From: a bacterium
GTDB taxonomy: Bacteria; Patescibacteriota; Dojkabacteria; SC72
Assembly (NCBI GenBank): GCA_021463465.1
Contig: JAJTYH010000002.1
Span: 1,347 to 65,346 of the forward strand
Direction of reading: 5' to 3'
Length of the DNA stretch: 64,000 nt
The position numbers were made by a program, and so were the translations under genes. Under the pieces are notes generated by a model. That model searched no databases. It was not told the DNA's origin and worked only from the letters and a program-made list of their open reading frames with translations. Below are positions 9,592 to 18,069 of the stretch, one piece after another (positions within the stretch are counted from its first letter, which is position 1; every line of letters begins with the position of its first letter).

Positions 9592-10019
9592 TTCAAAATT
9601 TGGCAAAACAATTGCCTTCTGACCCTTTTCAAGTTAGTGTAGTAAATATCACCCTCGAATTTCTGTCCGAAATCTTGCATCATAAGTACACCTCCACCGT
9701 ATACAACCTCAATCAATCGGGGGTAGCTTTCAACCATATTGGCACGAGTTTTGACGAATTCTATCCCTGCAAGGTTTGGCATAATTACATAGAAATTAAT
9801 CTCTAAATTCTTACTCTTATATATTCCATCTTGATCAAGGCATGTGTATTTGTCATAAAAAGTTTCCGGACATGTGACTTCGTTGTTTAGCAGTTGTTTA
9901 CGGATATCATCAAGGCCGATTCTTTGAATTTGCTGAAATTGTAAGCCTGAGGCCATTAACGTTTCATTTTCAAAATGAATAGGAAAACCAGAGGATTTTC
10001 TCAAATCGATCTTCGTCAT
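9582..10019 (-). CDS. hypothetical protein
   Basis: A 145-aa ORF with no recognisable motif. Its stop overlaps the ATG of the next small gene (ATGTGCTTAG junction). Confidence 0.4.
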   Translation of the reverse strand: MTKIDLRKSSGFPIHFENETLMASGLQFQQIQRIGLDDIRKQLLNNEVTCPETFYDKYTCLDQDGIYKSKNLEINFYVIMPNLAGIEFVKTRANMVESYPRLIEVVYGGGVLMMQDFGQKFEGDIYYTNLKRVRRQLFCQILKCA

Positions 10020-10041
10020 GGAGAAATTATACCACAGGGGT

Positions 10042-10332
10042 TTAATCGGTCGAAAAAGCCTTTACCATCTCAATTACTACATAACCAATGATGAGATAGA
10101 AGAAAAGTGCTACTACCGAAACAAGTTCTAGACGGAAGACATTTATCTGTAAGACTTCAAAATCGAGCACGCCTTTAAACGGCGAAACAAAGTATCCGCT
10201 CCACCTCAATATAGAATTGACAATACTGCCACCATCAGGAATATTGAAGAAAATAAGGCTAATTCTCAGGACAATTAATGCCTGTACAGAGACAGTTGCA
10301 ACGTAAAGTAATCTAGCAACAAGTTTAAACAT
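10042..10332 (-). CDS. YggT-family small integral membrane protein (putative)
   Basis: A 96-aa two-helix membrane protein with a central SPFKGVLDF-like segment, similar in size and topology to the YggT/Ycf19 family. Confidence 0.4.
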   Translation of the reverse strand: MFKLVARLLYVATVSVQALIVLRISLIFFNIPDGGSIVNSILRWSGYFVSPFKGVLDFEVLQINVFRLELVSVVALFFYLIIGYVVIEMVKAFSTD

Positions 10333-10354
10333 ATCTCCAAATTATAATAGCAAT

Positions 10355-11062
10355 TTAGATCTTTTCAAGATTCTCCAAATAGAAGTCTAATTCAAGCATG
10401 AATTTAGTTACGCCGTTAGCCCATGCATGAGCGGGATTGGCATAGCATGGTGGACAGTAGACTGGTTCAATCTGGAAAGGTGTGAGGCTAGTTCCGTAAC
10501 CGATTGCCAAACGCTGAGTTACAGTCTGGATACCTTCTTTCCAAGTAACAAACTCGCTGTAAGCCCCCCCTGGACCACCTCGCCACCCCCAGGCGTTGTG
10601 GGTACCGCTATGAGGAATAAGATTTCCAAAGGCTGACTCTACACCGGAAATTGATGCGACAAGCCTCCAATCTAATCCTGTGTCTTCTGCTTCAGTTACA
10701 AGCACATCTGAGTATGGGTACATTGGAGAGTTATAATCAAGTAAAAACTTTCGCATAGCTAAAATTCTTGGGTTACTTGTTTTGATTCCAGTCCCACCAT
10801 TAAGAAGAAGGGTTGAGGAGTCACCTATCAGATTTGAGCGAAGATCTAGTGATGAACCGTTTTTTCCGATTACTATTTCACTTAGATTTACCCCATTCCG
10901 ATAGGTTGATAATGTCATAGTTTCCACCCTGGAATTAATACCAGCAAATACAGGTTTCAATACGGTGAATCGTAAGAGGCCATATATGGAAAGTACAACC
11001 AGGATAGAGAGCATAATCCTAGAAAGTTTAGAAAAAAGTGTCTCTTTGCTAACATTTGTCAT
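10355..11062 (-). CDS. membrane-anchored lysozyme-like / lytic-transglycosylase-like protein (paralog B)
   Basis: N-terminal transmembrane helix. DWRLVASISGVESAFG...HNAWGWRGGPGG...FVTWKEGIQTVTQRLA parallels the ORF at 1541-2140. Confidence 0.4.
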   Translation of the reverse strand: MTNVSKETLFSKLSRIMLSILVVLSIYGLLRFTVLKPVFAGINSRVETMTLSTYRNGVNLSEIVIGKNGSSLDLRSNLIGDSSTLLLNGGTGIKTSNPRILAMRKFLLDYNSPMYPYSDVLVTEAEDTGLDWRLVASISGVESAFGNLIPHSGTHNAWGWRGGPGGAYSEFVTWKEGIQTVTQRLAIGYGTSLTPFQIEPVYCPPCYANPAHAWANGVTKFMLELDFYLENLEKI

Positions 11063-11117
11063 GATTGTTCAGTATAGCAGATTTACAAGTTTAACCTCTA
11101 ACATTAAAATGGGATAA

Positions 11118-14100
11118 ATGTTTACCCACTTACATGTTCATACAGAGTACTCACTACTTGATGGCGTTAATCGCATACCTAACCTGGTAGCTAAAGTTAA
11201 GGAGTTGGGTATGAAAGGCTGTGCCATAACGGATCATGGCAATCTGTATGGCGCTTTTAAATTTTATTCTGAGATGAAAGATAATGGTCTTAAACCTATT
11301 ATCGGTTGTGAATTGTACATTGCCCCTCGCTCAATGCATGAGAAAGAAATGGGTATTGATAACAAGTATTTCCATTTGACTGTGCTTGCTCAGAATTTAG
11401 TTGGGTACAAAAACCTTCTTAAGCTTGTTTCCCTGGGACATACCGAAGGATTTTATTTCAAACCCAGGGTCGATTGGGAAGCACTGAAGCAGCATTCGGA
11501 GGGACTCATTGTACTTTCGGGGTGTCTTTCAGGAGTGCTTAGCAAGCGTATTGTTAACGCTCAGATTGACCAAGCTAAAGCTGAGGCCGCTAAATACAAA
11601 GAGGTTTTCAAAGACCGTTTCTTTATTGAGATTCAGAAGCTAAAGATTGAGGAGCAAAATCCTGTAAACGAAAAACTAATGGAAATTGCTAAAGAATTCA
11701 ACATACAGACTGTTGCTACATACGATGTTCATTTTTTGGAAAAAGGTGACGAAACCGTGCAAGAAGTATTGTGGGCAATTGCTGATGGTAAGAGTTTAGA
11801 TGACCCAACTCGTAGAGTTGTGAATACAAACCAATGTTATTTTAAAACTGACGAGGAGATATCAGAAGATTTTAAGGGATACGAGGGGGCAGTTGCTAAC
11901 ACACAGAAAGTTTTTGATATGGTAGAAGAGTTTGATATCACTTTTGGGCGCGTTGAGCTGAGCTTTGGCGACCTTCCAAAAGGAATGTCGACCAAGGAGT
12001 TTGTAAGGCAGTTGGTGTATGAGGGAGCAGCAAGGAAATATCCAAAGGTTACGAATGAAGTCAAGCAGCGTATTGACTATGAATTGGATATAATTAGTGA
12101 CAAAGGCTACGACACATATTTTTTGGTGGTTGCAGATTTCATCAAGTTTTGCACGGATAATGACATTATGGTTAGTGCGAGAGGCTCCGCAGTGGGGTCA
12201 GTAGTGGCGTATTGCTTGGATATAGCAAGTATCGATCCTATTAAATGGGGACTATACTTTGAGAGGTTCTTAAACCCTGGGAGACCCAGTCCACCTGATA
12301 TTGATTTGGACTTGTCTGATGTTAGGCGGTTTGAAGTTATACAGTATGCTCAGCGCAAATACGGCAAGGATTGTGTTAAACAGATTATTACCTTCTCAAA
12401 ATTGCAGACACGATTAGCCATCAGGGATGTGGCAAGGGTTCTTGGAATTGACCTACTTACCGCCGACAAGCTTTCCAAGATGGTAAAGGTGGAATTTGGT
12501 AAGACTAAATCCTTTGATTACATGATGGATAATAATTCTGAGTTTGCAGAATTGATTAACAGTACTGAGAAAACACAAGAGTTAGGGAAGATAGTTCGTA
12601 AAATTGCAGGAATGGCCCGAGGGGTGTCGATGCATGCTAGCGGTATAGTCATAACCCCAACTGCAGTTGATAATTATGTGCCTGTACAGCCAGATTCAAA
12701 GACTGACGAGGTGGGAATGACTCAGTATGAAATGACTGACCTTGAAACCATTGGGATTTTAAAACTAGACTTTTTAGGACTTAGAAACCTAAGCATTATA
12801 GACAATGCTCTAAAAAAAATTGAAAGAAGCGAAGGGAAAAGAATCGACTTAGCCAAAGTTGATACCGAAGATGAACGGGTCTATAAATCATTAAAAGAAG
12901 GTAATACCACTGGTCTGTTCCAACTTGAAGGTGAGGGTATGACAAGAGCGCTTATTCAGATTGAACCTCGTACAGCCGAGGATATATGTTACCTGCTTGC
13001 GGCATATCGTCCAGGACCTATTCAATTTATTCCAGAATATGTAGCTGTTCAGAGAGGTCAAAAAAAACCTAGATACATCCTTCCTGAATTGGAACCAATT
13101 CTAGGTGTTACCAACGGCGTTATTTCCTATCAGGAACAAGTCATGAGAATTGCTGTTGATATTGCAGGGTATTCTCTAAGTGAAGCAGATAACATGCGTA
13201 AGGCGATGGGTAAGAAGAAAATGGACATCATGTTGGAAGAAGTCGATAAGTTTGTTGAAGGAGGGAAACGTAAGGGGTTTCCAGTGGATAAGCTAAAAGA
13301 ATTAGGAGACTTGCTTTTGAAGTTCGCTAACTACGGTTTTAATAAGTCTCATTCAGCAATGTACGCAATGGTAGCCTACTACACCGCCTATCTCAAAGTT
13401 CACTATCCTTTAGAATATATGGCAGCATTGCTTGAGGCTGATTTAGGTAGATTTGATGATATGATTAAAGATACACTGGAGTGTGAACGAATGGGTATTA
13501 AGATTTTACCGCCTAACGTCAATAAATCAGGCTTTTATTTCTCAGTCGAGCAGAGTGACCAACAAAGTATTCGTTTTGGACTTGGTTCGATTAAAAATGT
13601 CGGCCAGGATGTGGTGAAAAACATTGTAGAAAAGAGAAACGATGGAGGAAACTTTCTTTCGTTAGATGATTTTGTATTTCGTTTGATTGATCGTAAATTG
13701 CAACTTAGAACGGTTGAGTACCTAATAATGGCAGGGGGTATGGATGAGTTTGGTGATAGGCAAGCCATGATAGATGTACTCCCCAGCATTATTGAAAAAG
13801 CTAAGAAGTACAATCAGATAGCTAACTTAGGACAAATTGATCTTTTTAATGCTTCTCAAAGTGGAGATGTAAAAGTTAGTTTCCCTCAGACACCTTTATC
13901 GGCTTCCACAACCACAGCAATTCATCAGTTACTTCGTTGGGAGAAAGAATTACTTGGCCTATACTTTAGCAGCCACCCACTGGATAATCTGAAGGAGTTT
14001 TTTGTAGGTAAGAATGTCATGAGTATAAGAGAGGTTCGTGGTGGAAAACCTAACAGCTTAGTTATTTTAGGCTGTTTAATTTCCAATGTTCGCAGAATTA

Positions 14101-14519
14101 CGACAAAAAACAATGAACGGATGGCTGTCCTTACAGTTGAAGATAAGACAGGAAGCATTGATGTCGTTGTATTCCCTCGTGCTTACGAAGAAGTGAAAGA
14201 TATGTTTGAACCTAATAAACCTGTGTTAATTGCTGGTAAACTTAATTTCCGGGACGATACACCCTCAATCATTTTTGAAAAAGCCAAGTATATAGATGAA
14301 GGAAAGTTCAGCACTGATTTTAAGGGTGTCATTTTTAAAATCACAAATAAACATAAAAAAGCCGATATCGCGAAACTTAAGAAGTACATAGTTGATAATC
14401 CAGGTGATATGCCTGTTAAGGTCGTTATGCATGAGAACGGCAGTCCCAAAAAAATCGATTTGAGAAAAGGCATTGCCTTAACTGACGAAGGTAAGCAACT
14501 TCTTCAGATTTTCTCGTGA
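11118..14519 (+). CDS. dnaE: DNA polymerase III alpha subunit
   Basis: A 1133-aa ORF with the PHP domain start (MFTHLHVHTEYSLLDG), polymerase core and OB-fold regions conserved throughout. Confidence 0.95.
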   Translation: MFTHLHVHTEYSLLDGVNRIPNLVAKVKELGMKGCAITDHGNLYGAFKFYSEMKDNGLKPIIGCELYIAPRSMHEKEMGIDNKYFHLTVLAQNLVGYKNLLKLVSLGHTEGFYFKPRVDWEALKQHSEGLIVLSGCLSGVLSKRIVNAQIDQAKAEAAKYKEVFKDRFFIEIQKLKIEEQNPVNEKLMEIAKEFNIQTVATYDVHFLEKGDETVQEVLWAIADGKSLDDPTRRVVNTNQCYFKTDEEISEDFKGYEGAVANTQKVFDMVEEFDITFGRVELSFGDLPKGMSTKEFVRQLVYEGAARKYPKVTNEVKQRIDYELDIISDKGYDTYFLVVADFIKFCTDNDIMVSARGSAVGSVVAYCLDIASIDPIKWGLYFERFLNPGRPSPPDIDLDLSDVRRFEVIQYAQRKYGKDCVKQIITFSKLQTRLAIRDVARVLGIDLLTADKLSKMVKVEFGKTKSFDYMMDNNSEFAELINSTEKTQELGKIVRKIAGMARGVSMHASGIVITPTAVDNYVPVQPDSKTDEVGMTQYEMTDLETIGILKLDFLGLRNLSIIDNALKKIERSEGKRIDLAKVDTEDERVYKSLKEGNTTGLFQLEGEGMTRALIQIEPRTAEDICYLLAAYRPGPIQFIPEYVAVQRGQKKPRYILPELEPILGVTNGVISYQEQVMRIAVDIAGYSLSEADNMRKAMGKKKMDIMLEEVDKFVEGGKRKGFPVDKLKELGDLLLKFANYGFNKSHSAMYAMVAYYTAYLKVHYPLEYMAALLEADLGRFDDMIKDTLECERMGIKILPPNVNKSGFYFSVEQSDQQSIRFGLGSIKNVGQDVVKNIVEKRNDGGNFLSLDDFVFRLIDRKLQLRTVEYLIMAGGMDEFGDRQAMIDVLPSIIEKAKKYNQIANLGQIDLFNASQSGDVKVSFPQTPLSASTTTAIHQLLRWEKELLGLYFSSHPLDNLKEFFVGKNVMSIREVRGGKPNSLVILGCLISNVRRITTKNNERMAVLTVEDKTGSIDVVVFPRAYEEVKDMFEPNKPVLIAGKLNFRDDTPSIIFEKAKYIDEGKFSTDFKGVIFKITNKHKKADIAKLKKYIVDNPGDMPVKVVMHENGSPKKIDLRKGIALTDEGKQLLQIFS

Positions 14520-16012
14520 TAGAATATCTTGTGAATACACAACTCCAAGACAAGATCACCTTACTCCCTAGGTCGAGTGGCATTTATAAGTTTTTGAACC
14601 GTGAAGGTAAGGTTTTATATATTGGAAAAGCACATAACTTAAAGTCACGAGTTTCAAGCTATTTTTCAGATACCCATCTAGATCGTCCGCGAATTGTTGG
14701 GATGATTCCTCTTATAGCAGATATCAACTATGTTGAAACAGATAATGATATTGAGGCACTAGTATTGGAGTCTGCGTTAATAAAACGGGAGCAGCCTAAA
14801 TATAATACTGATGCAAAAGATGATAAATCGTACTCATACCTTTATATTAATATTAAACACGACTATCCGACGGTAAGGATTGTAAGACAGGTTTCCAAAG
14901 CTGAACTTAAAGAAGGGAAACTTTTTGGCCCGTACCCAAGCGGTGGTTCGGTTCGTAGAGTTTTTCATTATCTCCGAAGGATATTTCCTTTCTGTACAAG
15001 TAAAGATCCAACTAAACCTTGTTTTGATATGCATATCGGACTCTGTCCAGGTCCAATTCCCTCTCAGGAGTATCGTAAGAATATTAATGGAATAATTGAG
15101 TTCCTTAAGGGCAAAAGCAACCATCTTATTAAAAATGTGGTCGATGAAATGGAGTTAGCTTCAGATAATCAAGAATACGAAAGTGCGGCCATATTACGTG
15201 ACAAGGTTAATGACTTGCGTTACCTGACCTCAAAAATAAGAGTAGATAATATGGAAAATGAGCTTGAATATGTTCAAATCCGGAGACAGCGAGCTAAGAA
15301 AAGACTGCAAAGCTTAGCCAAAGAATTGAACATAAATCAGATTCATCGAGTTGAATGCTACGATATTTCCAATCTTCAAGGCAAGTTTGCTTATGGATCA
15401 ATGGCTGTTGCTATTGATGGTATTAATGATAACAGTCAGTATCGAATATTTAAGATTAGGGGTGTCGATATACCTAATGACCTAGCAATGTTATCAGAAG
15501 TCTTGAGGAGGAGGATTAAATATTTAAGAAACGAACTAGATGTAAGCCTAGGGCAAATTCCGACTATTATTCTGATTGATGGGGGTGGAAATCAACTACA
15601 AGCCGTAAATGACCTTGTTCCGAAAGATATCGTACTACTTGGCATTACTAAAGGTAGGAAATATCGGAGAAAAGGAGGTAGATTGCTTGATGAGTTCTGG
15701 AAGATAGAGAATAATGAGATAGTACAGTTGAAATTAAGAAATACACAGTCCTTATCACTACTGAGAGATGAAGCCCATCGATTTGCACTACTTCATCACC
15801 GCAAAGCCAAAGCTAAAGGTAACATCAAATCCTATCTGGATGAAATCCCACTTGTCGGACCAAAAACCAAAAAGCTTTTGAAGCAAGCATTTAGTTCTAA
15901 AGAACTGCTGCGTAGTACAAGCAGGGAAAAGCTTGTGGGGATTGTTAAAAACTCTAAAATTGCTGATGCAATTATTGAATACTTTAAGGCTGAACTGTCT
16001 CAACCTGGGTAA
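14516..16012 (+). CDS. uvrC: excinuclease ABC subunit C (compact form)
   Basis: GIY-YIG N-terminus (SGIYKFLNREGKVLYIGKAHNLKSRVSSYF), a UVR motif (AAILRDKVNDLRY), an RNase H-like endonuclease region and C-terminal HhH. The GTG start overlaps the dnaE TGA (GTGA). Confidence 0.85.
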   Translation: MIEYLVNTQLQDKITLLPRSSGIYKFLNREGKVLYIGKAHNLKSRVSSYFSDTHLDRPRIVGMIPLIADINYVETDNDIEALVLESALIKREQPKYNTDAKDDKSYSYLYINIKHDYPTVRIVRQVSKAELKEGKLFGPYPSGGSVRRVFHYLRRIFPFCTSKDPTKPCFDMHIGLCPGPIPSQEYRKNINGIIEFLKGKSNHLIKNVVDEMELASDNQEYESAAILRDKVNDLRYLTSKIRVDNMENELEYVQIRRQRAKKRLQSLAKELNINQIHRVECYDISNLQGKFAYGSMAVAIDGINDNSQYRIFKIRGVDIPNDLAMLSEVLRRRIKYLRNELDVSLGQIPTIILIDGGGNQLQAVNDLVPKDIVLLGITKGRKYRRKGGRLLDEFWKIENNEIVQLKLRNTQSLSLLRDEAHRFALLHHRKAKAKGNIKSYLDEIPLVGPKTKKLLKQAFSSKELLRSTSREKLVGIVKNSKIADAIIEYFKAELSQPG

Positions 16013-17063
16013 GGTTTTGCAGCATATAATTGAAGAAAGGTTCATTTTCTTCAAACGCAGCTATCACATAGATCAAAGTGTTAGAGTTGTTTTTTACTGC
16101 TACTATGGAGCCAAAATCTGAGCCTTTGTTAACTGTTGCACGGACCGCGTATTCTCCTCTAAACTCAGTTTCTACCGAATTAACTACCTGCCACTTACTT
16201 TTATGTTTTTTGTTGAAACTCGCAATGAAATTATCTATATAACCGTCATAAGTATTCCCGCCGTTATATCCGACTGGTTCTAAATAAATAATGCTATTAT
16301 CACCAAGCCTTTGAAATGAAACCCCTTGAAAAGATTTAATGCCAGTTGCGTAATACTTCGCGGTGTACTCTGTTGGGAAATTTAAACGCCAAGGAAAATC
16401 AGGAAGTAGATCTGCTTTTTCGGTGGTTAATAATAAAAGTTTCCTAGCAATTTCCTTTTTTACCTCATCCTCCAGTCCTGTTTGAGCTTGTTTTACAGTA
16501 ACTGTTTGATACCACACATCGTTTAATCTAGAATATATTCTCAGCCCTTTGTCACCTTTAACCCAATACTCCCCAAAAAGTCGATCTTCTGAAGTAATTG
16601 AAACTGAAAGCACATGCTGCCATTCTTTAGGCGGTAGTTGCTCAACATAAAATGAAAAAACATCGGCTATCTCAGCATCTTTGGGTAATCTGTAAACACT
16701 ATTTCCCAATGAAATGAAGTGCTTAACCGTTTCGTCATCTGTGTCATTACTAAAAATGAACTCGGAACCAGGGTAGGCGGGGATATCAAAACCGTAAACT
16801 TGTTCTGTCGATAAAACTGCTTCTTTTTCTGATCGCAAAGCGACAATATAGCGATAGGTCCAGAGTCCTAATAAAACAAGTAAGGCGATTGATAAAAGAA
16901 AAATTGCAAAAAGTAGAACTGTACCAACAAACTGTCGTTGAATTTGCTGTAAAACTCGTTTTTGCTGTTTGGATTTGGTCTTCAGAACTACGCCAATTCG
17001 GTTAACTTTTTTGATTCGTCCTTTTCGTACTTTAAAGATCACATTGTTTGGATGTTTTGGCAT
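15984..17063 (-). CDS. hypothetical membrane-anchored protein
   Basis: Basic N-terminus followed by one transmembrane helix (VLLFAIFLLSIALLVLLGLW), then a roughly 280-aa extracytoplasmic region with no recognisable motif. Its 3' end overlaps the uvrC 3' end convergently. Confidence 0.4.
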   Translation of the reverse strand: MPKHPNNVIFKVRKGRIKKVNRIGVVLKTKSKQQKRVLQQIQRQFVGTVLLFAIFLLSIALLVLLGLWTYRYIVALRSEKEAVLSTEQVYGFDIPAYPGSEFIFSNDTDDETVKHFISLGNSVYRLPKDAEIADVFSFYVEQLPPKEWQHVLSVSITSEDRLFGEYWVKGDKGLRIYSRLNDVWYQTVTVKQAQTGLEDEVKKEIARKLLLLTTEKADLLPDFPWRLNFPTEYTAKYYATGIKSFQGVSFQRLGDNSIIYLEPVGYNGGNTYDGYIDNFIASFNKKHKSKWQVVNSVETEFRGEYAVRATVNKGSDFGSIVAVKNNSNTLIYVIAAFEENEPFFNYMLQNLTQVETVQP

Positions 17064-17124
17064 ATTATTAATTTATACCAATGTTTTGTAATCTTCAAAT
17101 GCATAGTATAATCATTAGCTCTAA

Positions 17125-17195
17125 TGCGGGATCGTCTAATGGTAGGACAACGGCCTTTGAAGCCGTGTATCTTAGTTCGAATCTAAGTCCCGCAA
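17125..17195 (+). tRNA. tRNA-Gln (anticodon UUG)
   Basis: Hand-folded: acceptor TGCGGGA/TCCCGCA, anticodon stem ACGGC/GCCGT with loop CTTTGAA, T-arm CTTAG-TTCGAAT-CTAAG, short D-arm. No encoded CCA. Confidence 0.8.
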
Positions 17196-17207
17196 TTTCC
17201 TATTTGT

Positions 17208-18068
17208 GTGTTATATTTTAATGTTATGCGTATACCTTTGCCCAAGCATTACTACAAAATCGTTGATCTCAAATTTGAGAGCAAAAGAATCAGAACATAT
17301 AGGTTTGGAATCGGACCCAAAAAGATACTCTCACTACCTGGCTTTCCTCACTCCGGGCTGACTTACCTCTATTTTCTTCTTAAATATGACCTTAAAAAGG
17401 TTCAGTTCATTACTTTTGACTTACCAGGCTGGGTAGGCAATTCAGAGAATATTTTTGAAGAATTAGGATATAACGAGGAACAGTTGATCATTCTAGTAGA
17501 ATTGATTATTAACAAGTATGAACTTAATCATTTTAGTGTAATTGGATACTCGTTTGGTTCAAGTTTAGCAGCAAGACTTGTTGGCTTAAATAAATATCGA
17601 ATCGAAAAACTCGCTTTAATATCTCCTGTACTTGATGGTGATCAAATTACATATCGCAGATGGCTGTTAAATACGCTCCGACAATTTAAGATATACGACT
17701 ATCTTAAACTGCATATCTATAGGAAAATGAACATTTATAAAGCCCAGCTTATTAAACTTGGTTTAGACCCTTCACTGCTGGATGAATATCAGAAAATGTT
17801 CAAGAATTCAGACAGTAAAGTACTGCTTGAAAGCATAGATAAACTATTCACAAGTAACTACTCATCCTACCTAGACAATTTTGATGCCGACAAGATCTTA
17901 ATTGCCTCATCTAAGGATGAGTCGCCATATATTAAGGAGCAATCTACTCTGTTGCGTCGTAAATTAAAAGGGGAGAAAACCCTTTATTTGGAAGGTAATC
18001 ATGAAGATTTTATTCTTCATCCAGAAACAGAAATGGTGGTGAAAGTCATTGACTTCCTAATCAAATAA
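17208..18068 (+). CDS. alpha/beta-hydrolase fold protein
   Basis: GYSFG nucleophile elbow (GxSxG), with an Asp and a His downstream (NHEDFILHP) consistent with a catalytic triad. The true start may be a few codons in. Confidence 0.6.
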   Translation: MLYFNVMRIPLPKHYYKIVDLKFESKRIRTYRFGIGPKKILSLPGFPHSGLTYLYFLLKYDLKKVQFITFDLPGWVGNSENIFEELGYNEEQLIILVELIINKYELNHFSVIGYSFGSSLAARLVGLNKYRIEKLALISPVLDGDQITYRRWLLNTLRQFKIYDYLKLHIYRKMNIYKAQLIKLGLDPSLLDEYQKMFKNSDSKVLLESIDKLFTSNYSSYLDNFDADKILIASSKDESPYIKEQSTLLRRKLKGEKTLYLEGNHEDFILHPETEMVVKVIDFLIK

Positions 18069-18069
18069 T

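Noticed and set aside
9289-10019. Possible frameshifted single gene spanning the two overlapping minus-strand ORFs
   Set aside because: The downstream frame opens only a few codons before the overlap (TGA/TAA stops lie just upstream), and an ATG overlaps the upstream stop (ATGTGCTTAG). This is more consistent with two translationally coupled small genes.
11837-14473. Several 75-96-aa minus-strand ORFs inside dnaE
   Set aside because: Antisense ORFs within a 1133-aa conserved gene. AT-rich genomes produce such spurious frames.
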